A program made the translations under genes and the position numbers. This document shows, piece after piece, positions 9,895 through 20,600 of a DNA stretch of 24,000 bases; position 1 is the first letter of the stretch; every line of letters starts with the position of its first letter. The notes below the pieces were generated by a model. That model was not told the DNA's origin. It saw only the letters and a program-made list of their open reading frames with translations, and did no database searches. This DNA comes from Blastocatellia bacterium (GTDB taxonomy: Bacteria; Acidobacteriota; Blastocatellia; UBA7656): assembly GCA_035275065.1 (NCBI GenBank), contig DATENM010000145.1, positions 89,851 through 113,850 of the forward strand. Direction: 5' to 3'.

Positions 9895-10071
9895 GAACCG
9901 CTCGCCACAAGCCGCAGTCGTTTTTCGATTTGCTGCATCTAAGGCTGCGTTGAGTGGTGAGTTTCAGATTGGGGTAGCGCCGCGCGGTCAGCTTATGCGA
10001 CACTGCGCAGTCTGTGGCGCAAGGCGGTTAGCTTGCGCCACCATCGTTGTGAGTTTTAATCCGAGTCTTCA

Positions 10072-12078
10072 ATGTTGAACTGGATCAAGCGACTGTTCAA
10101 TCGGCGCGGCGCGCTCATCGCCGCAGGCATTGCGATTGTCCTCGCGCTGGCGGGGCTGTTGATTTATGTGGTCAGGCTGAATCGTCATATCAGCGCTGAA
10201 CAGGAAGCCGAAGCCGCCGCGCAAAAAATCACCGTTGAAGAGACGCGCTTGCGCCCGCCGGTGACGGACGGGCTGACGGTTTATCTGAACGCCGCTGATG
10301 CGAGGGCAACGGCGGTCTTTGCCGGCACGCGCTATCTGGCGACCTCAGGCGGGCTGATCGCGCTCGACGAGGGCGGCACGGTCAAACACCGCTACACCAC
10401 TTTCGATGGCCTGAGCGACAACGACCTGACGGCGCTGGCGGTCTTTCGTGATCGGCTCTATATCGGCACGGCAGCCAGCGGCTTGATGGCATTCGACGGC
10501 AATGGCTTCACCGGCTATCGCTTCGTCAAGCCGAAGGCGACGCGGGTGAGCGTGCTGACGGCGACAGAAAGCGAGTTGTTAATCGGCACACTCGACGGCG
10601 GCTTGTTCGAGTTTGATGGACAGCAACGCTTCACGCGCCGCTTCAATTCGGCTCCGGGAGCCGATTTCACGCGAGTGACCGCGGTGCTGCCGTTTGCTTC
10701 GCGGCTCTACATCGGCACACAGGACAGCGGGCTCTACATCTGGCGCGAAGGCCACATCGAGCACCTGACGACGAGCGACGGCTTGCCCTCACCGCGGGTC
10801 ACAGGGCTGGTCGCGCTGCCTTCGAGCGATTCGCAGTACGGCGGGCTCGCGGTAGCGACCGATTTCGGCGTCGTCGGCCTGAGCGATGCCAACGAGATCA
10901 AAGCCATCACCAATCGCCCGAACGTCACTTCGATTGCGGTGATCGGCGGGCGGCTGTTTGCCGGGCTGTTCAGCGGCGGCCTATTTGACATCAACGCCGA
11001 ACGGACGAAGTCGAGCCCGAACGAACCGCGTACCGGCCTGTCGGAAACGCCGGGCCTGCCGGCGAATGCGCCGACGACGGTCTTTGCCGATGATGGCGGA
11101 TTGTGGGCGCTGACGCGCGATGGCGCATTCGTGCGCGAGGCGGGGGCGGGCGGGCCGGCCTTCGAGCCGGTCGCGGCATCGCTGGTCAGCGAGCGCATCA
11201 TCACCGGCGACCACATCACCGGCGTGGCGCTCGATGGCGCCGCCCACCTGTGGGTCGGCTATTTCGACCGCGGCGCTGATGTGATCGCGCCGGAAACCAG
11301 CGAGCGCCTGGCGCACATCGAAGACGAGCGCGTCCGTGAAGTGAACTTCATTACTTTTGACCCGGCATCCGGGCAGACGCTGATTGCCACGTCGCGCGGC
11401 CTCGTCACTGTTGATGGGCGAAGGCAACAGACGGTGATGACCCGCGAAAAGAATGGCTTAATCAGCGATGCCATTGCTCACGTTTCTTTGATGACGGCAA
11501 ACACCTCGGCGGCGGGCGCGATGGTGCTGGCGACGGCAGGCGGCTTGACGGAAGTGGCGGGCGGGCGGGCGCGGTCGCTGACCTCGTTTCACGGCCTGTC
11601 GAGCAATCACCTGTATACGTCGGCGGCGGCGGGCTCGCGGCTCTTCGTCGGCAGCCTGGCGGGGCTGATCGAGCTTGAGGGCATGCGCGTCGTGCGAACC
11701 TACAAGACGTCGAACTCGCGCCTGTCACACGACTGGGTGACGGCGCTGGCGGAAGCCGAGGGCACCCTTTATGTCGGCACCAACGGCGGCGGCGTTGATG
11801 CGTTGCTGCCGACCGGCGAGTGGATCAGCTTTGCCAATGATCGCGATGTCGGCAAATTCGAAGTCAATCAGAACGCCATGTACTTTGACGGCGAGCGATT
11901 ATATGTCGGCACTAGCGATAAAGGATTATTGGTATATAATACGCGCGCGCGGAGTTGGAAACGGCTCAGCGCCGGCCTGCCGTCGCCGAGCGTGACGGCC
12001 ATCACAGGCGATGACCGATACGTTTATATCGGCACCATGAATGGCCTTGTCAGGATTGAGAAGCGAGTCGTCGGATAG
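10072..12078 (+). CDS. Membrane-anchored beta-propeller protein (two-component-regulator-propeller-like repeats, no output domain)
   Basis: 668-aa ORF; N-terminal TM (GALIAAGIAIVLALAGLLIYVVRL); repeated motifs DGLSDNDLTALAVFRDRLYIGTAASGLMAFDG, SELLIGTLDGGLFEFDG, SRLYIGTQDSGLYIW, DRYVYIGTMNGLVRIEK. The sequence ends after the last blade. Confidence 0.82.
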   Translation: MLNWIKRLFNRRGALIAAGIAIVLALAGLLIYVVRLNRHISAEQEAEAAAQKITVEETRLRPPVTDGLTVYLNAADARATAVFAGTRYLATSGGLIALDEGGTVKHRYTTFDGLSDNDLTALAVFRDRLYIGTAASGLMAFDGNGFTGYRFVKPKATRVSVLTATESELLIGTLDGGLFEFDGQQRFTRRFNSAPGADFTRVTAVLPFASRLYIGTQDSGLYIWREGHIEHLTTSDGLPSPRVTGLVALPSSDSQYGGLAVATDFGVVGLSDANEIKAITNRPNVTSIAVIGGRLFAGLFSGGLFDINAERTKSSPNEPRTGLSETPGLPANAPTTVFADDGGLWALTRDGAFVREAGAGGPAFEPVAASLVSERIITGDHITGVALDGAAHLWVGYFDRGADVIAPETSERLAHIEDERVREVNFITFDPASGQTLIATSRGLVTVDGRRQQTVMTREKNGLISDAIAHVSLMTANTSAAGAMVLATAGGLTEVAGGRARSLTSFHGLSSNHLYTSAAAGSRLFVGSLAGLIELEGMRVVRTYKTSNSRLSHDWVTALAEAEGTLYVGTNGGGVDALLPTGEWISFANDRDVGKFEVNQNAMYFDGERLYVGTSDKGLLVYNTRARSWKRLSAGLPSPSVTAITGDDRYVYIGTMNGLVRIEKRVVG

Positions 12079-12198
12079 CCTGCGAGCGCGAGCCAAACGC
12101 CCCTGCAACGTTGGCCCGCGCATTCAGGGCAAGCGTGATCGAATCACCACTTCCGCCTTCGGTTTTCGCGGGTGAGCGGCCCGCGCTTCAGGATGCTT

Positions 12199-14595
12199 AT
12201 GAAATCAAGTGGACGCACCTCTCTGAGTTTAATGGCACGGCGAATGGCTGCGCTGCTGGTCTTGTTGCTGATTCCCGTGGCGGCGCAGGCGCAGTCAGGC
12301 GTGCTGATTCCGACCAGCGCCCAGAAGCCTGACTCGGCAATCCTCTCGCTCGACGAGATGACGGTCGACATCAAGATCGATAACCAGTACGCGCGCGTCC
12401 GCGTCGTGCAAATCTTCGGCAACCACACAGCCCGCGTGCAGGAAGGCCAGTACGTCTTCCTGATCCCGACGACCGCCTCGATCTCGGACTTTGCGGTCTG
12501 GGACGGCGACGTGCGCATCCCCGGCGTCATCCTTGAAAAGCGCCGCGCCGAAGAAATCTACGAAGACCTGGCGCTGCAATCCATCGATCCGGGACTGCTC
12601 GAACAGGAGCGCGATGATCAGTCGGACACCGCCTTTACGGTCAAGATCACGCCCATCCCGGCGTATGGCACCAAGCGCCTGGAGCTTGAATACACCGAAG
12701 CGCTGCCTGTGGATAATCTCGAATCGTACTTTTCGTTCCCCTTCAAGCCGAGCCAGTACGGCGCGCAGACGGTCAACCACCTGTCGCTTAGATTACAGAT
12801 CGCCAGCAAGTTTGCGATGAGCGATCTGAGCGTGCGCAGCAAAATCTATCCGCTCAACTTCATCGATAACCGCCCTGAGTACAAGTCTGCGTCGTTCGAG
12901 GGCAACGACATCCAACTGACCGAGGACTTCTCGTTCCGCTACGGCCTGAACGTGCCGCACACGGCGTTCGAGTTTCTCGCCTATCGCGCGCCGGAGCGCA
13001 TTACCGCCGACGAGTTGCGCGACCCGCGATTGGCCGAGCGCGAGCCCGACGGATATTTCGAAGCGGGCGTCGTCTTCAATGAAGCGGGCCGCGCCCCCGG
13101 CGAAGTCGCCGCGCCCGAACCGCGCTCGGTGCTGGTCATGCTCGATACGTCGCTCTCGATGCAGTGGGAGAAGCTCGACCGCGCTTATGAAGCGACCGAA
13201 GCGCTGCTGCGCTCGTTGACGCCGCAGGACACGTTCAATCTCATGCTGTTCAACGATGATGTCACCGCCTTGAGCGACAAGTCGGTGGACGCGCGCCCCG
13301 AGCAGATCGAGCGCGCCCTGTCATTCATCAAGTCGAGTTACCTGTCGGGCGGCACCGATCTGGCCGCCGCACTCGAACGCGCCACGCAATTGTCGAAAGC
13401 GATGCCGGCCAAGAAGGAGCGCGCCATCGTGATGATCACCGATGGCAACTCGTCGCTCGGCACGACGCGATTGAAAACGCTCACGGAACGCTTTCAGAAA
13501 GCCAACGACGCCGGGTCGCGCGCCCGCCTGTACGTATTCGGCATCGGCTCGGACACCAACCTGCGATTGCTCGGCGAGCTGGCGCGGGCGTCGCGCGGTT
13601 ATTTCGATTGGTCGCGCGAGACCGACGATCTGGAATTCAAGCTCAAGGGCTTTGTCAGCAAGATAGGCCGCGCGCCGATTGATACCTTGAAGCTGGCCAA
13701 TACGGACGCGGCGAACTTCTATCAGGTCTATCCCGATTACGAGGCGACTGCCTATGACGGCACACGGCTGTCGTTCGTCGGTCGCTACAAGCGGCCCGGC
13801 CCGGCGCAGCTCGCAATCACCGGCAACAGTGAAGGCAAGGCGGTGCGGCTCAATCAGCAGGTCGAGCTGCCGGAGCGCGATGACACGCACGACCATGTGC
13901 CGCGCCTGTGGGCGCGTGCGCGTGTGGACGCGCTGCTCAGGCTGATCGCTTTGAATGGCGAGACCAAAGAGGCGATTGACGAGATCATCGCGCTCTCAAA
14001 GAAGTACAAGTTCGTGACGCCCTACACGTCGTTTCTGGCGGCGCCGCGGTCGCTGCTGCGGCCTCGCGTGATTCGCCCCGGCGACCCTGTGTTGCGGGTT
14101 CGCGCCGATCAAGCGATTGTTGAAGTGACCGCGGTCTTCCCCTTCGGCTTGACCAGGCGATTGACTTATCTGAAGGGCGAAGATGTCTGGGAGACGCGCT
14201 TCGTCGCGCCGCGCGAGATGAGCGACGGCGTCTATCATTGCCGCCTGTTGCTGGTCGACAACAAAGGCCGCGCCTATCAAGAAGACAAGAGCTTCGTCAT
14301 TGATAGCCGCCCGCCGCGCCTTGAGCCGAAGTTAGATCAAACCGTCGCCCATGCCGGCGAAGAGTTAACGATCACTGTGCGCGCCGACAGCGACACGCGG
14401 GTGATTGCGGCGCGCGTCTTTGGCGCGCTGCCGGTGCCCATCGTTTGGGATGCAAAGTCAAAAGCCAATGTCGGCCACCTGCGCATCCCCGCGGGACTGC
14501 CATCGGGAACCTACACGATTCAGGTCACCGCCGAAGACTTCGCGCACAACTCGACGGTCGCCGAGGTGATGGTCGAAGTGATTGGCGGCAGTTGA
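12199..14595 (+). CDS. Exported VIT domain + vWA domain protein (inter-alpha-trypsin-inhibitor-heavy-chain-like)
   Basis: Track ORF starts at GTG 12172; the ATG at 12199 with AGGA just upstream is preferred. Signal-like ARRMAALLVLLLIPVAAQAQ; VIT-like QIFGNHTARVQEGQYVFLIPTTASISDFAVWDGDVRIPGVILEKRRAEEIYEDL; vWA MIDAS DTSLS, SGGTDL, MITDG. Confidence 0.88.
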   Translation: MKSSGRTSLSLMARRMAALLVLLLIPVAAQAQSGVLIPTSAQKPDSAILSLDEMTVDIKIDNQYARVRVVQIFGNHTARVQEGQYVFLIPTTASISDFAVWDGDVRIPGVILEKRRAEEIYEDLALQSIDPGLLEQERDDQSDTAFTVKITPIPAYGTKRLELEYTEALPVDNLESYFSFPFKPSQYGAQTVNHLSLRLQIASKFAMSDLSVRSKIYPLNFIDNRPEYKSASFEGNDIQLTEDFSFRYGLNVPHTAFEFLAYRAPERITADELRDPRLAEREPDGYFEAGVVFNEAGRAPGEVAAPEPRSVLVMLDTSLSMQWEKLDRAYEATEALLRSLTPQDTFNLMLFNDDVTALSDKSVDARPEQIERALSFIKSSYLSGGTDLAAALERATQLSKAMPAKKERAIVMITDGNSSLGTTRLKTLTERFQKANDAGSRARLYVFGIGSDTNLRLLGELARASRGYFDWSRETDDLEFKLKGFVSKIGRAPIDTLKLANTDAANFYQVYPDYEATAYDGTRLSFVGRYKRPGPAQLAITGNSEGKAVRLNQQVELPERDDTHDHVPRLWARARVDALLRLIALNGETKEAIDEIIALSKKYKFVTPYTSFLAAPRSLLRPRVIRPGDPVLRVRADQAIVEVTAVFPFGLTRRLTYLKGEDVWETRFVAPREMSDGVYHCRLLLVDNKGRAYQEDKSFVIDSRPPRLEPKLDQTVAHAGEELTITVRADSDTRVIAARVFGALPVPIVWDAKSKANVGHLRIPAGLPSGTYTIQVTAEDFAHNSTVAEVMVEVIGGS

Positions 14596-14690
14596 TCGCG
14601 TGACTTTTTCCGGTTCCGAGCGAACCGCCTGGCATCAACCGTTTTCTTGTTTTCGGGTTTGTCTTCACGATTTATTGATCGCAGGTGCTT

Positions 14691-17600
14691 ATGCGCAAAC
14701 GAATCTTTCTGACCGTCGCGATTGTCCTTTCGGTCGCTTCCCTTGCTGTTGCCACCCTGTTTGCACAGCGGGCGGCGCAGCGCGCGAAAACCTCAACTCC
14801 GAATGCTGCGGGTGGCCAGGCCACCGCCAAAGGCAAGCCGCCGGCGAATCGCAACCAGAGCGCCGCCACCGCGCCCTTGCGCCAGCCCGACCCGAATCGC
14901 GCCCCGCAAGCGGCGGTTGACGAAGCCCTCTACACCAAAGAAGAGTTCTTCGGCACTCAGGCGTCCGTCGCGCGGCCATATGCCCCGGCGCTTGAGCGCG
15001 TCGGCACCTTGCTTGTCCAGTATCCGAAAGATGCGCGATTGCACCTGCACGCGGCGCGGCTCTCTGAACGGCTCGGGCAATTCGATAAAGCCGCGACCGA
15101 GATGGCGCAATATGCCGACCTCCGCCGGCGCTCGCCCGATGCCTTGCGCCGGCTTGCGGTCTTCTATCACAACCGCGCCCGCTTCGCCGACGAAGTCAAA
15201 ACGCTTGTCGAGCTCGGCAAAGCCTTGCCGGTGACCGAGCGCGCACCCATCTATAAACAGGCCGCCGGTATCGTGCGCGCCTATTCGCTCAAAGAGTACA
15301 AGCCGGCAGATTTCTTCGCCGAGCTGGTCGCCGCCGACCCGTCGAATATTCAACCGGTCAAAGACTACGTTGAAGAGCTGCAACTCGCCGAGAATCGCAA
15401 AGAGGCGCTGGAAGTGCTGACGACCTTCCAGCCGAAGTTCGCCGGTCAACTGGCTTACTTCTTGAAGACCCGCGCCGCGATACTCGAAGCGCAAGGCGAC
15501 CGCCGCGCCGCCGAACAGGTTTATGACGCGGCCTTCGATCCGACGTGGCCGCGCGCCATCAGCGGCGATTATTACGAGCTGCTGCGCCGCTTCGGTCGCT
15601 ACCGCGCGGTGCGCCGTGGCTTGCAGGAGCGGGCGCGCACCGCGAGCGACCTCAACACCGTCGCGCGCCTGTTCAGCATCTATTCTTACGAAGGCAACTT
15701 CGAGCCGGCCTCGCGCCTGCTGCGCGACCTGGAAGCGCGCCGCGCCGGTCGCGCCTCGTCACGCCCTGCGACGACGGGCGGCAACGCACAGCCAGCAGCC
15801 GTGAGCGCGTCGTGGAATGGCCGCGAGCTTGAAACCGTCGCGGCATTGTTCGCCTCCGTAGGCGACTTCGATCAGGCGTCGCGCTACCTCTACACACTTT
15901 ACCTGACGGGCGGCTTGCAGCCCGGCAGCGCCTCGCGCGAAGAAGCCTTGCACCGGCTCTTCCGCGTCATGCTCGACGCCGCCGGCACGCCGACGCGGGT
16001 GGCGGCGGGCGACCTGTCGCTCTACAAAGACGTGGCGCAGGTAGACGCCCACCCGGGCTTTATGAACGGCGTGCTGTCGCTGATTCTTTCCGGCACCAAC
16101 CCGGCGAGCGAATATGCGACGCAAGAGAAAGCCGCGGCCAGCTATTTCAACCGCGCCTTCGCCTATCGCATCTTCACCGCATTCAAACAGGAGTACGCGC
16201 AGTCGAAGTACCTCGCAGACATGTACCTCGGCGTCACCGAAGTCTTCGCCGGCCTCGGCGAGCATCGGCTGGCGATTGAAGCGGGCCGCGAATTCCAACA
16301 GCTCTATCCGACCTCGCCGCATTACACGGACGTGTCGCTGCGCATCGCCGACGCCTACGTGGCGCTGAAAGACCGCGCCGGCGAGCGCGCCGTGCTGAAC
16401 GATTTGCTGGATCGCCTGGCGCGCTCGCGGCCCAAAGGGCGACCGCTGATCGCGACGACGGCGAAGCGCTGGACCTATGGCATCTCGCCGGCTTTTGACA
16501 AACTCGTGGACCGCATTCGCTATAACATCGAAGCCTACAGCGACACCTACGACCCGACCGAAGACAGCTCGGCAACCAGCTCGAACGAAGGCGACAGCGA
16601 CGTGGATGCGGACGAGCCGACCAACTTCGGCGATGAAAGCGACAAGCGCGGGCCGACCTACAGCAGCGTGCTTGAGCGTTACGTCGCGTCGCTTGCCGCC
16701 GATGAGAAGAAGACGGAAACGGTCACCTTCTTCTGGAATGAAATCCGCAAGCATCCGGGCGAAGAAGGTCTATACGAACGGTTCCTGCGCTGGCTCGGCT
16801 CGGCCGAGCTGGTCAACGAGCAGTTGAAGGCGTACAACACGGCGATTCGCCAGTTCGATTCCAACACCTGGTATCACCGGCTGGCGCGCTGGTATGTGCG
16901 GCAGAAGCGCGGCAGGGAATTGCAGCGTTATTCGCGGCAGCTCATCAGCATCTTTGACGAAGAAGACATCACTGAATACCTGTTGCGCTTTGCCGGTTAC
17001 GGCGCGTCGGCGGCGGGCGATTCGCTGAACTGGGATCAGAAGCTGGCCTTCGACCTTTACAGTTACGCGCACCAGCGCTTCCCGCAAAACCTTTTCTTCG
17101 TGCGCGGCATGCTGACTTACCTGGCGAATAACAAAGAGGTTGGGCCGTGGGCGCAGCTATCGGCGCAGTATTACTTCGCCGACCGCTCGATCCGCGAGCC
17201 GTTCCTCGCCTACCTGTCGAGCAACAACCAACTGCGCGACCGCTACCAGAAAGCCAGAAGTCAGGAGTCAGGAGTCAGGAGTCAGAATACCGGCGCAACC
17301 GTCACGACTTATCACGTCTTTGCGGCAGACGCGGCGCTATGGCTGTCGCATCACGACGAGGCGATTGATGCCTATCGGCAACTGACGGCACTCTATCCGG
17401 GCGAGCCGCAGTATGCCGACCGGCTGGCTGACCTGACGCGCTCGTTCGGCCAGCGCTCCGACAAGCTCTACGAAGAGTCCGCGCAGGTGCTGTCGCACAT
17501 GGCCGAAATCTACCCGTCGGAGCATTCGTACCGCATCAAGGCCGGTGAAGCCTATGCCGAGCTGGGCGATTTCAAGCGCGCCGGCGCTGAGTGGAACAAG

Positions 17601-20600
17601 CTGACCCAGCTTGAGCCGGGCGAGCGCAACACCTATCTCGAAGTCGCGACGGTCTTCTGGGACTACTATCAATTCGATGATGCGCTGCGCGTCTTCAAGG
17701 AACTTCGCAGCCAGACCGGCGACCCGACCATCTATGCCTATCGCATGGGCGCGGTCTATGAAGGCAAGGGCGACATTGACGCGGCCATCGCCGAATACGT
17801 CAAGGTGTTGCCGGAACCCGGCGACGGGCGCAGCACCGTGGCCAAACGCCTGGCGCAACTTTCCAGACGCGCCGGCCTCGCTGACAAGATCGCCGCCGCT
17901 TATAACCAGGCGCGCACGGCTAAACCGGACGACTGGCAGTTAGTGATTGGCTACGCGCTCTACAACGCCGAGCGCGACCATCAGGCCGAGGCGCTCGCGG
18001 GCTTGCGCACGGAAGTATCGCGCTCATCAAACGTCGAGTTTCTCGAAAGCGTGCGCGATCTCTTCCAATATATCTTGCGGCCCGAAGACGAGCAGCAGGT
18101 CATCGCGCGCTTGACTCAGGTGGCGCGCGACGAGCGCGAAGCGATGACCTATCGCTTGCAGCTCGCGGCCTTCCTGGAACGCCACAATCAGGTGGACGAG
18201 GCGATCAAGAACATCGACAAGCTGGTCGCCGATTACCCTACGAACGTCGGCGTCGTCGAAGAAGCCTCGCAGTTCTACTGGCGCGCAGGCTTGCTCGACC
18301 GGGCGCTCGATCTCTACAAGCGGACGCTCGCCAGGGCGCAGGGGCCGAACCGCCGATTGCTGACCTTGCAGTACGCTCGTCGCTTGAGTGAAGCCAATAA
18401 GCTCACGGACGCCGAAGCGACGCTGCGCGCTTTCTACAACGAGAACCGCAGCGATACGGAAGTTTTTTCGGAGCTGGCGCGCACGCTCGGAGCCGAGAAC
18501 AAGATGAACGACCTGGCGGCGCTTTATCAGGACGCCTTCAAGGACGTGAAAGAATCGGGGCTCACCGGCGACGACGCCAAAGCGCAGGTCGCCGATCTGC
18601 GCGCCGGGTTGATTCGCACCTACACGGCGCTCGGCAAGTTCAACGAAGCCGTGGACCAGCACATCGAGATCATCAACCTCTTCCCCGAAGACGCCGAGCG
18701 GCTGGCCACGGCTTACGAGTACGCCGAGGCGCACAACCTGCTCGACCGGCTGACGGCTTACTACGAGAAGCTGACGAAAGAGTCGTATAAGAACTATCGC
18801 TGGCAGGTGGTGCTGGGCCGCGTCTACGAGCGGCGCGGCAACCTGGCGGGCGCGACCGAGCAGTATCGCAACGCCGTCACCAACGAGCCGGAGCGCACCG
18901 ATTTTCGGCTGACGCTGGCGAACCTGCTGACCCGGCAGCGGCGCTACGACGACGCCATCACCGTCTTGCGCGAGGGCTGGCAGTTGGCGGGCCGCGACCC
19001 ATCGTGGCTGACAGAGGTGGCGCGCATACAGGTGTTACAGGGCAAGCGCGACGATGCGGTGCAGACCTTGCGGCAGGCGCTCGCTTCCAAGAAAGAGACC
19101 AAGGTCGCAGATCAAATCGTCGTCGCCCAGCGGCTCGCTTCGTGGGGCCTGTACGCCGAAGCCGTGCGCATCTATGAAACGGCGCTCGCGGCTTATCCCA
19201 AGGTGATGAAGGACGAATACCTCGGCGGCGATGCCATCAGCGGTTACGTACAGGCGCTGGTTCGGACACAGCCGGCGGGGCAGGTCTATCAAAAGCTCGC
19301 GCGCATGCGCTCGCAGTACGCCGCCATCGGCAGTAACTCGTCGGACACGGACAGCTATCGCGCCAAGAACGTCGTGCAGTATATCGATAGCGCCTTGCGA
19401 ACAGACTTTGCCCGCGGCGTGATCGATTACGCCGGCTCGCAGGATGCTGCCGCCGTCGCGCAGGCGCTCACCGCCGAGACGGCGAAGCTGACGGCTTATA
19501 CGGATGCCGACGAGCTGCGGCGCTATCTCGGCATTGCTCGCTCCGCCAATCTGGTTGAAGTCGAAGAGCGATTGCAGACGCGTTTGAAGGACGTGGCCTA
19601 CGAGGGCCGCCCGAAAAATGCGCCGCAGCCGACCACGCAGGACACCAGCTATTACAGCGAGCTGCGCGCCCTGGTGGCGTTTTATGATCGCCACGCGGCT
19701 TACGCCAAGGCCGCCGAGGTAATCGCCGGTGAATTGAAGCGCGACCCGTACAAAGATCGCTTCGATTATCAAAACCAGATTGCCACCCAGTACCGATTGG
19801 CAGGCGACACGACGCGCGAGCTGGAATCGTTGCGCGCGGCCTATCAGAGCGCCAGCGGCGCTGAAGTGACGACTAACACGGACTGGGTCGAGCGCTATCT
19901 GACCTTGCTCTATGCGGCGAACCAGCGCGACGAGCTGGAACGCATCGCCGCCGCCGACAGCCCTTATCAACTGCAACTCGTCAACTTCTTGATCGAGAAG
20001 AATGACAAGGCGCTCGCCCGCCGGGCCATCAACAGCGCGGCGCGCTCGGTCGCCTGGAAGGCGTCGCGCAGCGGCGAAGTCGGCCTGTTTATGCGCGACA
20101 CCTCGGCGGAAACCGAAGGGTTCTTCAAGCGCGCCCTCGACATCAAGAGCATCGGCGACATGCTCAACCGCAAGGTGGATGGCAACCAGACGCTGGTCGG
20201 CGATGACTGGTTCGTGGCGGCGCGGAATTATGGTTACTGGCTGGGGCTGACGCCGCAGCGCGGCAAAGAGAGCCTCGACTTTATCGCCGGCGAGATCGAA
20301 GGCCACCCTTCGAGCGAGAAGGCACAGCTTGAGCTGGCGGCCTACTATCTCGACCACAAAGACCTGACGCGGGCGGCGGCGCACACGGAGCTTGCCGCGG
20401 AGCTGGCGCCGGCGAGCACCGATGTCATCATCGCTCGCGGGTTACTGGCGATGGCGCGCGGCGACCGCAAGGCCGCCAGCGAACAGTGGGGCCGTTTGTT
20501 GAGCGGGCGCGTGTCGGTCGCCGATGCGCAGACCTACTTGAAGCTGATGGCCGATAACAACATGCTGCGCGAAGCGCTGCCGCCGCTGCAAAACTTCATC

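Noticed and set aside
15759-16754. 331-aa minus-strand ORF inside the TPR gene
   Set aside because: Shadow of a high-GC coding region; Arg/Ala/Gly/Val-rich with no recognisable motif.
19035-20384. 449-aa minus-strand ORF inside the TPR gene
   Set aside because: Same reasoning: antisense shadow of the long TPR coding frame.
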